DNA of 50,679 nucleotides from Hypanus sabinus (Eukaryota), in assembly GCF_030144855.1 (NCBI RefSeq), contig NC_082712.1, positions 137,281,322 through 137,332,000 of the forward strand, read 5' to 3'. Position numbers and translations under genes: made by a program. The notes under the pieces were generated by a model. The model saw only the letters and a program-made list of their open reading frames with translations. It was not told where the DNA came from and did not search any database. The first letter of the stretch is position 1. Each line of letters opens with the position of its first letter. Below, piece after piece: positions 10,982 through 23,255 of the stretch.

Positions 10982-13900
10982 TCAAATGAACGGTCCCCAA
11001 GTTTCTTCAAATTTAATTGATGGATCGAAAATAGTACTTCTAATTTTTTCTAAGCTCAAACAAGAAATAGTTTGAGAGAACCACTGAAACGTGGTAGGAG
11101 GATTTACTTCTTTCCAATTTTGTAATATAGACCTTCTGGCCATTAATGTTACAAAGGCGATCATTCGTCTAATTGAAGGGGAAAATCGACTACCATCCTC
11201 ATTTGGTATACCAAAAATTGCAGTGATAAAATGAGGTTGTATTTCAATATTCCAAACTGAGGAAATGGTAGCAAATATGTCCTTCCAATAGTTATGTAAG
11301 GTGGGACATGAACAAAACATGTGGGTCAATGAGGCCACATCTGATTGACATCTGTCACATTAAGGGTTAATATGGGAATAGAATCAAGCAAGCTTATCTT
11401 TAGACATTTAAGCTCTATGTACGACCTTAAATTGTATTAAAGCATGTTTAGCACATATAGAAGAAGAATTAACCATTTGCAGATTTTTTTCCCATTTTTC
11501 TGTTGATATATTATATTGAAGTTCTTTTTCCCACTCTTGTTTAATTCTACCTGACATTTCTGGTTGTATCTTCATAATCATACTATAACTAAGAGCCACT
11601 AATCCCTTCCGACAAGGATTCAAGGTAAAAATCATGTCTGAAAAATCTATCGAAGTTGAATTGGGAAAGGATGGTAGAACTTTATATAAAAAATTTCTGA
11701 TTTGTAAATATCTAAAAAAAATAAGATTTAGGTAACTTAAATTTGTTGGAAAGTTGGTCAAAAGACATCAAACTACCTTCAGAAAAAAGATCACGAAAAC
11801 ATATTATACCTTTCCTTTTCCATATGCTAAAAGCTTGATCTGTTAAAGAAGGTTTAAAAAAGAAGTTAAGTAAGATAGGGCTATCAAGAACAAAGTTTTT
11901 CTATGAGTGAATAATCATTCGAAATATTGAAACCTAGATTCGGTAATGTGCAGTTGGACAATAGAATGTATGATGGATATCTGTTTATTGAGTTGGAAGA
12001 GAAGAACCAAGAACGGAGAATAAAGAATATCCTTGTGCATCATTACATTCTAAATTTACCCACTGTGGGCACAATGGTGAATCCAAATCTAGTTTCCAAT
12101 ATATTAAGTTTCGAATATTATTCACCCAATAGTAAAATCTGAGGTTAGGTAAAGCTAAACCACCATCTTTTTTAGATTTCTGTAACTGTCTTTTACTTAA
12201 CCTGGGGTTTTTATTTTGCCACACAAATGAGGAAATTTTTGAATCAATGTTATCAAAAAAAGATTTAGGAATAAAAATTGGTAAAGCTTGAAATAAATAT
12301 AAAAATTTCGGTAAAATCATCATTTTAATAGCATTAATCCGACCAACCAATGATAAGGATAAGGGAGACCATCTAGTAGTAAGTTGTTGAATTTGATGAA
12401 GCTTAGGTAAAAAATTCAATCTGAATAAATCTTTATATTTCTTGGTAATTTTTATACCTAGATAAATAAAGTTATCAGTAACAACTTTAAATGGTATCCT
12501 GTCATTCAATAAAGTTTGCGCGTTTAAAGGGAATAATTCACTCTTATCCAAGTTTAGTTTATAACCAGAAAAACTACCAAATTGAACCAACAAGGATAGA
12601 ATAGCGGGAATAGACCTATCAGGATCAGAAATATATAACAACAAGTCATCAGCATAAAGTGATAACTTGTATAACTTCTCATTACGGGTAATACCAAAAA
12701 TATTAGGAGATTCACGAATAGCAATGGCTAGAGGTTCTAATGCGATATTAAATAATAAAGGACTTAAGGGGCAACCTTATCTGGTACCACGAGATAATTG
12801 AAAGAAAGAAGATCTGTAATTATTTGTAAGAACAGAAGCAACAGGTTTATAATATATTAATTTAATCCATGATATAAAATTAGAACTAAAATTAAAATTT
12901 TTCAAGGCATTAAATAAGTATGTCCATTCAACTCTATCAAAAGCTTTTTCAGCATCTAATGAAATAACACATTCTGAGGTTCTGGGTAAAGAAGTATAGA
13001 TTATATTAATCAATTTTCTAACATTGAAAAAGGAATACCGGTTCCTAATAAAACCAGTTTGATCTTCTGAAATAATCTGTTTAGTATCTTTTCTAACCTA
13101 ATAGCTAAAATTTTTGTAAGAATCTTAGAGTCTACATTTAATAGCGATATAGGGCGATAAGATGCACATAAAGTAGGATCCTTATCTTTAAGAATTAGAG
13201 AGATAGTAGCTTCATAAAAAGACTGGGGTAATCTCTTCTTAGTAAATGCATCATTAAAGATTTCACCTTACCAAGGGGAAAGCAAAGAAGAAAATGTTCT
13301 TAAAAATTCTATAATATAACCGTCAGGACCAGGAGCTTTCCCTGAATTCATTGAAAAGATAGCCTCTCCTACTTCAGCCATAGAAATAGGAGCATCGAAC
13401 AAACTCCGATCTTCATCTGTCAGTTTGGGAATATTCAAATTGTTAAAAAAATTATCCATCATGGACAGATCACCGTCAAATTCTGATTGATATAAAGATT
13501 TATAAAAATCTTGGAAAGTATTATTAATTTCTTTATGATCAGTAGTCAAATTACCATCTTGTTTACGAATTTTAATAATTTGTCGCTTAGTCAAAATAGC
13601 TTTTAATTGGTTAGCTAACAATTTACCAGTTCGATCACTATGAATATAAAATTGAGCCCTGGTCTTAATTAATTGATTCTCAATTGAAGAAGATAATAAT
13701 AAGCTATGTTCCATTTGAAGCTCAACTCTCTTCTTATAAAGTTCTTTGGTAGGAGTCACGGAATAAATCTTATCAATTTTTTTAATTTTATCCACCAATA
13801 AAGTTATATCTAAATATCTTTGTTTTCTTTTACCAACGGAATATGAGATAATTTGTCCATGGATAAAAGCCTTAAAAGAATCCCAAAGTATTCCTCTGTC

Positions 13901-14747
13901 AATTTCTTCGGTATAGTTTGTTGAAAAAAACAAGTCAATTTGCTGTTCTATGAAGCTGATAAATTCTGGATCTTGAAGCAAAGTAGCATTGAGTCTCCAA
14001 GATCTAGTATTAATGGAAGAGTCCGATATCTTAATAGATAACTTCAAAGGTGCATGATCCGAAATGGCAATAGAATCGTATTTACAATCAGTAACATCTG
14101 TTAATAAATGATGATCAATAAGGAAATAATCAATTCTAGAATAACTATGATGTACATGTGAAAAAAACAAAAATTCTTTATCTTTAGGGTTCAAAAACTG
14201 CCATATTTCAGTAATTCCTGAATCAACCATAAAGGAATTAATAAGTAAGGCTGATCTATTCGGAAGAATTCGAATAGGTTTAGATCTATCCATCAAAGGA
14301 TTCAAACAACAATTGAAATCTCCACCCAGTATCAACATATATTCATTTAGATTAGGAAGGGAAGTAAATAAACATTTAAAAAATTCAGGGCAGTCAAAGT
14401 TTGGAGCGTAAATATTAACTAGAGCCACTTTTCGATTAAATAGTGAACAAGTGAATCAACAAAAATCTGCCCTTTGGGTCAGAAATAATTTCATGATGTG
14501 TAAGCGAAAATGAGGGGTCTATAAAAATAGACACACCCCAAATTTTGGCGGTACAATTCGAGTGAAATTGTTGATCCTTCCAGAACCTAAAAAAGCATTG
14601 ATTATCCTCCCTCCTAATATGGGTCTCCTGTGCAAAGATAATATTAGCATTTAGTCTATGGAATACTTTAAATATTTTTTTACGTTTAATCGGATGATTT
14701 AAACCATTAGTATTCCAAGAGATAAAATTAATAGACTTATCCATCAT
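10982..14747 (-). pseudogene. L1 ORF2 (APE endonuclease + RT + Cys-rich C-terminus), disrupted
   Basis: ISWNTNGLNHPIKRKK, ILGGDFN, SRIDYF, SDHAPL, KAPGPDG, SLDAEKAFDRVEW, GTRQGCPLSP, ASLTHMFCSCP. Several frameshifts and stops split it into at least 6 ORFs. Confidence 0.92.
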
Positions 14748-15701
14748 ACCAATATTAGTTGTGTATATCATAAAAGGTTAAAAAGACACATAACCCATAA
14801 TTCAGGAAGAAGGAAAAATGATTCAGGAGCAACCGAAGAACATGACACCTCAACAATATTAATAATTTAAAGTCGGCCCATAAACTAAAAGCAAAAAAAA
14901 TAAAAAGCAAAAGCGTGAAAAAAGATCCCTACCCCCTCCCCCAACCCCTCAAAAAAAAGCCAAGTGGCAGGCACACAAACTAATACTAATATTACCCCCA
15001 TTTCAAGATGGCAACTCCACGAAAAGATAAAAAGAGACTATATAACACCCAGATTTAAATACAGGGTTGCAAAGAAAAAAGGATAAATGTCAATCAAAAT
15101 GAAAAATAAGTAATATAATAAAGCAAAAGATCATTAATAAAAAAGGATAAACATTAAAGTTTGAAAAAGTGTAATATGCCTTTAAAAAAAAGAGATTCCA
15201 TATTCAAATACAAGAAAATGTTGTTTCAAAAGCAAAGACTTATGGGAAGAAGAAACAACATTTTGAAAAAACCATATTACAAAATATAAATGTAAATTCA
15301 CCAATCTATTAAAAAAAATTTTAAAAAGTCAAAATAGGATTGAAAAAGGATTCAATAATCACTATAATATAAAAAAAGGTCCAAAAATCCAAAACATTCG
15401 TCCCATTCAAGTACAAGTAAACAAATAAACGCTTGCGGAAAGCAAAGTCTCATGGGAAGAAAAAACGACATCTTAAAAAATAAATCATTATTACAGAATA
15501 CAGATGTATATATCCAACTCAGAGAAAAAAAATTAAGAAAAAAGACATTATAGTAAAATTAAAAGAGCATCTATAAGCCATGATAATAAAAAAAAAACAG
15601 GTCAACAGACCAAAGTAAAAAGCTATAACGCGACTTCATAAGTTAAAGCCCAAAACGAAATGGCATCTTCTCTCCAAAAATTCTTCAACATAACACCTAG
15701 T

Positions 15702-16344
15702 TCAATTTATACTAGAAGATCGATATTCTTCGACGAATTTCTTTGCATCTGCCAGAGTATTAAAGAAGCGCTGACTGTCGTCACTCAACGTAACTCTGAG
15801 ATTCGCTGGGTATCTTAAAGCTTGTTTAAATCCAATCGAATGAATCTCTGCCATCACTGGTTTAAAAGCGATTCTTGCTTTCATCACTTCAAATGAATAA
15901 TCTTCAACAATACGAAACTTATTGTTTCTGTGAGAAATCATGCCTTTCTGACGAGCTAATCGGATTAAAAGCTTTCTCCAGAGGATAATGGAGGCGAACA
16001 ATCACAGCTCGTGGCTTGTCGCTCGGGATCGAAAATCTCGAAACTCTGTGGGCATGATCAATAGTAGGTTTAGCCTGCAAAGCTTCAGCACCAAAAACTT
16101 CCCGTAATAAGTTAGAGAAAAATTCAGTTAAGTCACCAGACTCAACTTTTTCGGGAAGCCCGGTGATTCGCAAATTCTGTCTGCGAGATCGGTTTTCAAG
16201 ATAGGTGATTTTAAACTTATAATGCTCTACTGTTTTAGCAGTCGACAGTACCTTCTTCTCCAATGTTTCAATTGTACATATTTTTTCACAAATTAACTTT
16301 TCAAGAGCCACGAACTTTTCTTCATGCCGTTCAATATCTGCTGC
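15702..16344 (-). pseudogene. L1 ORF1 (p40-type RNA-binding protein), frameshifted and 5'-truncated
   Basis: LENRSRRQNLRITGLPEKVE...PRAVIVRLH, followed by FRIVEDYS...ALRYPANLRV. Confidence 0.88.
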
Positions 16345-16635
16345 CTGCTACTAAATAACATGTTTCATGGATCCTTTCAGTGACCGTGACTTCATTAACA
16401 AAAGCTTCACTCTGTTTTGAGATTAAAACAGGTGTTAAGAATAATTACCACTTTCATGTGACACATGGCTGTGATATGTAGTTAAGTGTCTTTTCAATTT
16501 TGCTGGAGCCATTGCTGCATTTGTAAGTTGTTGCCACAGACAAGGCACAATGGAACAGGACAACTTGGATCATATTCAAACAAATGATGATCTCCTAGTT
16601 GGTATAATGGCAAGATACCATTATACATTCCCAGA
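16345..16635 (-). repeat. 291-bp near-identical copy of 18478-18772 (hAT transposase segment)
   Basis: Direct comparison shows one substitution (cctttcagtg vs ccttttagtg) and one 4-nt indel. Confidence 0.95.
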
Positions 16636-17337
16636 CCCCAGAACCAAGTGAGGACATGACAAGGTTACAGGATGGAACATGAGACTCATGAACAGGACAA
16701 AGGAGCCCCAACAGAGGACAAGGGAACCCCAGCACCAGACTGGGCAAGTAACTCCTGGGCTGGGTGAGGCACATGACAAGACAAGAACACAAAGCCATGG
16801 CTTGGACAGGACAAGGACCTTGGACCTTGGACGTGACTAGGACTGGATGAGACCCCAAAGCCTTGACTTGATCAAGGAAGAGACAGGAACACAAAGCCTT
16901 GGTCAAGGGAGAGACAGAAATGCAGAGCCTTGATCAAGGGAGAACAGGAATGAAGAACACTGAGCCTGGGTCAAGGAAGGACAGGAATGCAGAATACAGA
17001 CCTGGACCCTTCCTTGGGTACAGGACATAGGGCCGGGACTCATCACACAGAAGGCTGAACACAACAAGACAGTTCCCAATACTAAGTAGCAGCAAATCAG
17101 CCAGACCTACCTAGCAAAAGCCATGGACACAGACAGTTCCAAACAGAGCAAGGCCAAGGAGACAAGACAACTTCCAGGAGGAAGGGGTGTTTGGACAGGA
17201 ACAATCCAGCAGCTCAAGGCCGAATCCTGAAGCTATTTATGAGGCCAGCCCAAACAAGAATCAGCTGCCTCAACAGAAACTGGGGAAACCCGGAAAACCT
17301 GGAATAAGGAACATGGACCGGAATGTGAACCATGACA
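16636..17337 (-). mobile_element. LTR-like fragment (Gypsy-type) with internal ~31-bp tandem repeats
   Basis: Minus strand starts TGTCATGG at 17337, with a TATA-like cataaatag. About 4 copies of a tcaagggagagacaggaa...agccttg unit lie at ~16866-16990. The other end is truncated. Confidence 0.55.
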
Positions 17338-17339
17338 AC

Positions 17340-18165
17340 AGTGCACAGTAAAAATGAAACAACATTCTTCCAGGACCCTGGTGCTACATGAAACAACACA
17401 AAACTAAACTAGACTAGACTATGTGAGACAACTCAAGGCTACACTATGTAAAACAACATAAAAACTGCACAGGACTGCATAAAGTGCACAAAACAGTGCA
17501 GGGTAGTACAATAATTAATAAAGAAGACAATAGGCACAGTGGAGGACAAATGACAATATAATAATAAATAATGTAGATGTCAGTCTGGACTCTGAGTATT
17601 GAGGAGTCTGATGGCTTGGGGGAAGAAACTGTGGCACAGTCTGGTTGTGAGAGCCTGAATGCTTCGGTACCTTTTTTCCAGATGGCAGGAGGGAGAAGAG
17701 TTTGTGTTAGAAGTGCATGGGGTCCTTCAGAATGCTGTTAGCTTTGTGGGTGCAGTGTGTGGTCTAAATGTCTGTAATAGTAGGAAGAGAGACCCTGATG
17801 ATCTTCTCAGCTGACTCATTATCCGCTGCAGGGTCTTGCGATCCGAGATCATGCAATTTCTGAACCAGGCAGTGATGCAGCTGCTCAGGATGCTCTCGAT
17901 ACATCCTCTGTAGAATGTGGTGAGGATGGGGGGTGGGAGATGGACTTTCCTCAGCCTTCGCAGAAAGTAGAGACACTGCTGGGCTTTCTTGGCTATGGAG
18001 CTGGTGTTGAAGTACCAAGTGAGATTCTCCACCAGGTGCTCTTAACAATCTCAACAGAGGAGCCGTCAATGTTCAGCGGGGAGTGTCACTCTGTGCTCTC
18101 CTGAATTCAACAATCATCTCTTTTGTTTTGTTCACATTCAAAGACAGGTTGTTGGCTCTCCACCA
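17340..18165 (-). mobile_element. Rex1/Babar-like LINE 3' fragment
   Basis: ORF 17727-18032: [44 protein letters not shown]. Confidence 0.85.
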
Positions 18166-18870
18166 GTCTGTTAGCTGCTGCTTGAATTTCACCATCAGTT
18201 ACAAATCTTACAAATGCTACAACATAACATTTATTGGTGAAATCTGTTGACTCATCAACCCGGACAGAGAAGCTGTTGTTTTTCAGTTTATCACACAAAA
18301 CCTCTTTGGCATCGTGACATGTCATCAATATGTCAGCTTATCATATTGTTTGAGAATGAAGCCTTTTCAATTTCTCATACTGTATCTTGTCCTTGCATTT
18401 TACCCACTATAATTATACATGCTGGCATGATGAGGTTCTCACAAGCTGTGTGACTTTTCCTTTCTGGGCAATAAGTTCTGCTACTAAATAACATGTTTCA
18501 TGGATCCTTTTAGTGACCGTGACTTCATTAACAAAAGCTTCACTCTGTTTGTTTTGAGATTAAAACAGGTGTTAAGAATAATTACCACTTTCATGTGACA
18601 CATGGCTGTGATATGTAGTTAAGTGTCTTTTCAATTTTGCTGGAGCCATTGCTGCATTTGTAAGTTGTTGCCACAGACAAGGCACAATGGAACAGGACAA
18701 CTTGGATCATATTCAAACAAATGATGATCTCCTAGTTGGTATAATGGCAAGATACCATTATACATTCCCAGAAGCTGAATTATGTCTCCTGGGTTATTCT
18801 TGTACTTCTCAACCATTTTGATAGCCATTAAACTGCCTGAAGATCAGCATCTCACAACTACAGTCATCGT
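18166..18870 (-). mobile_element. hAT (Buster/Charlie, ZBED5/SCAND3-like) transposase fragment
   Basis: LCDKLKNNSFSVRVDESTDFTNKCYVVAFVRFV (first catalytic D region) and an upstream CPVPLCLVCG BED-finger-like motif, frameshifted. Confidence 0.82.
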
Positions 18871-19224
18871 TCTCATTCAGTTAGACACAAAGCCCTAGAC
18901 CTAAAATATTGTGTTTTCTGGCTCCCAAGAGAAGCCATATGTTTGCAATCCTCAGAATTATCAATTCAAAGCTCCTAACTCAGATCCAAATCTGTCCCTC
19001 ATCAATTTCTTGTCTTCTGGGGACTTCCGGTCAACATGGCACCAGAGAACATCGGTTCATTGGGCTACATCTTTCAGATAGCAAATTATTTCACTTTTTC
19101 TATGCCTTCTGCTCGTTCTTTTTGTCTTGTTGGTGTTAGGAAAACTGTTGGAGCCTGGGAACTTGATCGAAGAATCCAGCTCTATGATGTGTCTGGAGAG
19201 CTGCCTCATGGAGATTAGAGAACC

Positions 19225-19706
19225 ACATGCAAAAATGCTGGAGGAACTCAGCAGGCCAGGCAGCATCAATGGAAAAGAGTACAGTCTAAGTTTCAGGCTG
19301 AGACCCATCATCAGGCCTGAAGAAAAAGAGACGGGGAGTCAGAATAAGAAGGTGGGGGGAGGGAGGAAGAAACACAAGGTGATAGGTGAAACTTCGATTG
19401 GGGGAGGGGTGAAGAGCTGGAAAGTTGATTGGTGAAAGAGAGACAGGGATGGAGAAGGGGGAATCTGATTGGGGAGGAGAGAAGGCCATGGAAGAAAGAA
19501 AAGGGGCACCAGAAGGGAGGTGATTGGCAGGCAAAGAGATAAGGTGGGAGAGAGAAATGGGAATGGGGAATGATGGGGGGTGGGGGGGAATTACTGAAAG
19601 TTTGAGAAATCGATGTTCATGCCATAAGGTTGGAGGCTATCCAAATGGAATGTAAGGTGTTCTTCCTCCAACCTGAGTATGGACTCATCACAACAGTACA
19701 GGACTG
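19225..19706 (-). mobile_element. Penelope-like element, 3' part (GIY-YIG C-terminus + terminal repeat)
   Basis: Minus strand reads LRLEEEHLTFHLDSLQPYGMNIDFS. The terminal motif aaatgctggaggaactcagcaggccaggcagcatc recurs at 33213 and, inverted, at 45982. Confidence 0.75.
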
Positions 19707-22241
19707 CCCAGTAGGAACAGGGACATTGAGAAGGAGATAGGAAGACAGTTTCTGGAAAGGAGTAATAATAGTAGGGTTGTTGTGGTGAGAGATCTTAATT
19801 TCCCAAATATTGATTGGCATCTCCCTAGAATGAGGGGTTTAGATGGGGTGGAGTTCGTTTGGTGTGTTCAGGGAGGTTTCTTGACACAATATGTAGATAC
19901 GCCTGCAAGAGGAGAGGCTGTATTTGATGTGGTATTGGGAAATGAACCTGCTCAGGTGTCAGGTCTCTAAGTGGGTGAGCATTTTAGAGATAGTGATCAC
20001 AATTCTATCTCCTTTACAATAGCATTGAAGAGAGATAGGAACAGACAAGTTAGGGAAACATTTAATTGGAGTAAGGGGAACTATGAGGCTCTCAGGCAGG
20101 AACTTGGGAGCATAAAATGGAAACAGATGTTCTCAGGGAAATGTACCGAAGAAATGTGGCAAATATTCAGGGGATATTTGTGTGGAGTTCTGCATAGGTA
20201 CACTCCAATGAGACAGGGAAAGGATGGTAGGGTACAAGGTCCATGGTGCACAAAGGCTGTTGTAAATCTAGTCAAGAAGAAAAATACAACTTACGAACGA
20301 TTCAAAAAATTAGGAAATTATATGAATATAGAAGATTATAAGGCTAGCAGGAAGGAGCTTAAGAATGAAATTAGGAGAGCCAGAAGGGGCCATCAGAAGG
20401 CCTTGACGGACAGGATTAAGGAAAGCCCCAAGGCATTCTACAAGTATGTGAAGAGCAAGAGGATAAGACGTGAGAGAATAGGACCTATCAAATGTGACAT
20501 TGGAAAAGTGTGTATGGGACCGGAGGAAATAGCAGAGGTACTTAAGGAATGTCTGCTTCAGTATTCACTACAGAAAAGGATCTTGGCGATTGTAGTGATG
20601 ACTTGCAGTGGACTGAAAGCTTGAAAATGTAGATATTAAGAAAGAGGATGTGCTGGACACTTTTGGAAAGCATCAGTTGGATAAGTCACTGGGACCGGAC
20701 AGGATGTACCCCAGGCTACAGTGGGAAGTGAACAAGGAGATTGCTAAGCCTCTGGCAATGATCTTTGCATCATCAATGAGGACAGGAGAGGTTCCGCAGG
20801 ATTGGAGGGCTGCAGATATTGTTCCCTTATTCAAGAAAGGAAGTAGAGATAGCCCAGGAAATAATAGACCAGTGAGTCTTACCTCAGTGGTTGGTAAGTT
20901 GATGGAGAAGATCCTGAGAGGCAGGATTTATGAATATTTGGAGAGGCATAATATGATTAAGAATATTCAGCTTGGCTTTGCCAAAGGCAGGTCATGCCTT
21001 ACAAGCCTAATTGAATTTTTTGAGGATGTGACTAAGTACATTGATGAAGGTAGAGCCATAGATGTAGTGTATATGGATTTTAGCAATGCATTTGATAAGG
21101 TACCGCATGCAAGGCTTATTGAGAAAGTAAGAAGGCCTGGGATCCAAGGGGACATTGCTTAGTGGATCCAGAACTGGCTTGCCCACAGAAGGAAAAGAGT
21201 GGTTGTAGATGGGTCATATTCTGCATGGAGGTCGGTCACCAGTGGTGTGCCTCAGGGATCTGTTCTGGGATCCTTACTCTTCATGATTTTTATAAATGAC
21301 CTGCATGAAGAAGTGGAGGGATGGGTTAGTAAATTTGTGGATGACACAAAGGTTGGGGGTGTTGTGGATAGTGTGGATGGCTGTCAGAGATTACAATGGG
21401 ACATTGATAGGATGCAAAACTGGGCTGAGAAGTGGCAGATGGAGTTCAACCCAGTTAAGTGTGAGGTGGTTCATTTTGGTAGTTCAAATCTGATGGCAGA
21501 ATATAGTATTAATGGTAAGACTCTTGGCAGTGTGGAGGATCAGAGGGATCTTGGGGTCTGAGTCCATAGGACACTCAAAGCTGCTACACAGGCTGACTCT
21601 GTGGTTAAGAAGGCGTGTGGTGCATTGGCCTTCATCAATCATGGGATTGAGTTTAAGAGCCAAGAGGTAATGTTGCAGCTATATAGCACTCTGGTCAGAC
21701 CCCACATGGAGTACTGTGCTCAGTTCTGGTTGCCTCGCAATAGGAAGAATGTGGAAACCATAGAAAGGGTTCAGAGGAGATTTACAAGGATGTTGCCTGG
21801 ATTGTGGAGGGTCCCTTATGAGAATTGGTTGAGTGAACTTGGCCTTTTCTCCTTGGAGTGATGGAGGATGAGAGGTGACCTGATAGAGGGGTACAAGATA
21901 ATGAGAGGTGTTGATCATGTGGAAAGTCAGAGGCTTTTCCCCAGGGCTGAAATGGCTAGCACAAGAGTGCATAGTTTTAAGGTGCTTTGAAGTAGGTACA
22001 GAGGAGATGTCAGAGGTAAGTACTTAACGCAGAGACTGGAGAGTGTGTGGAATAGGCTGCCAGCGGTGGTGGTGGAGGTGAAAATGATGTGGTCTTTTAA
22101 GAGACTCCTGGATGGCTACATGGAGCTTGGTAAAATAGAGGGTTATGGGTAAAGCCTAGGTAGTTCTAAAGTAGGGACATGCTTGGCACAGCTTTGTGGG
22201 CTGAAGGGCCTGTATTGTGCTGTATGTTTTCTATGTTTCTA
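19707..22241 (+). mobile_element. CR1 LINE, 5'-truncated ORF2, inserted into a Penelope-like element
   Basis: ORFs 19782-21861 carry [32 protein letters not shown] and FVDDTK. TSD aggactg at 19700-19706 and 22242-22248. Confidence 0.92.
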
Positions 22242-22690
22242 AGGACTGACATACTGGAATGGAAATGGGAATTGGAATTAAAATGGGTGGCCACTGAGAG
22301 AGCTCACATTTTCTGGCTGACAGAACATAGGTGCTTGGCGAAGCGGTCTCCCAATCTACATCTGTTCTCACAGGAGACCACATCGGGAGCACTGAACCCC
22401 AATCGACTCACGGACGAAATGTGCCTCATCTGGAAGGACTGTTTGGGGCCCTGAATGGTAGTGAGGGAGGATGAACTGTATAGGGGCAGGCGTGGCACTT
22501 TTTTCACTTGCAAGGATATATGTCAAGAGGGAGATCCATGGGGAGGGACAAATGGATAAGGGAGTCGCGTAGGGAGTGATCTCTGCAAAAAGCAGGAAGT
22601 GTTGAGGGGGTGGGGTTGATGTGCTTGGTGGTGGGATCCCACTGGAAATGGCGGAAGTTCCAGAGAATTATGTGCTGGACACCAAGGCTA
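22242..22690 (-). mobile_element. Penelope-like element, upstream part
   Basis: ORFs 22504-22728 (WDPTTKHI...AFCRDHSLRDSLIH...YPCK) and 22304-22513 (TTIQGPKQSFQMRH). Continuous with 19225-19706 across the TSD. Confidence 0.75.
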
Positions 22691-23255
22691 GTCCAGCATT
22701 GATGTGTGAATGTGGAGTGAGTCAGCAATGGCCCCAGCGGAGGCGTTTGGACCCAGGTCGGCGGCCAGCTTTGAGGCGCTTGCGAGGGAGGTCGGCGATG
22801 GCAGTTGCCGGATCGGTGGCAGTCTTTTGGCAGTCATTCTTCATGGCGGGACTGAGCTGTGGTGGCCGCTCTCCTTGGGCGCAGATGAAAAGATGTTTCC
22901 GATATTCTGAGATTTATGTGATCATTGGACTGTACTTTATACTGGATTCCTTCCGTTTTTGGTGTTTCCTTTCTTGTGGGTGGGGTGGGGATTTTGGTGC
23001 TACTGTCGCTATTCTTTTCTGCAGGCGAGGAGATCGGGGATTATTATTGCCGGTGTTTTTTCACTGTGGGCGAGGAGGTCAGGGATTTTTTCTCTCTGCG
23101 AGTGGGGATTGTTACTGTCACTTTTTTCTCTGGAGGGGAGCTTAGATGCTATTGTTTTTTTTTCAGCAGGAAGGGGAGATTTCAGGAAAAGATAAATATC
23201 AGAACTGTGTTTTACATGTGTACTTTGACAATAAAATGAACCTTTGAATTTGAAC
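22690..23255 (+). mobile_element. Unclassified non-autonomous retroposon-like repeat
   Basis: GC-rich head, T-rich body, and a tactttgacaataaaatgaacctttgaa LINE-type tail. Confidence 0.45.

Larger units (their letters stand above)
10591..16344 (-). mobile_element. L1-clade LINE, ~5.75 kb, truncated within ORF1, non-functional
   Basis: Contains ORF1, a ~950-bp spacer and a broken ORF2. The 3' UTR has AATAAA (10612-10617) and an A-rich tail (10593-10605). Confidence 0.93.

Noticed and set aside
16866-16990. Short direct-repeat array superficially like a CRISPR array
   Set aside because: Degenerate ~31-bp tandem units without unique spacers, inside an LTR-like element of a vertebrate genome.
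18166-18870. Domesticated ZBED/SCAND-type host gene
   Set aside because: The fragment is frameshifted, truncated by a LINE and partly duplicated, so it behaves as a dead hAT copy.
22621-23145. 174-aa plus-strand ORF with hydrophobic stretches
   Set aside because: It spans a Penelope fragment and a T-rich non-autonomous repeat, with overlapping ORFs in several frames, no domain motif and no splice context.
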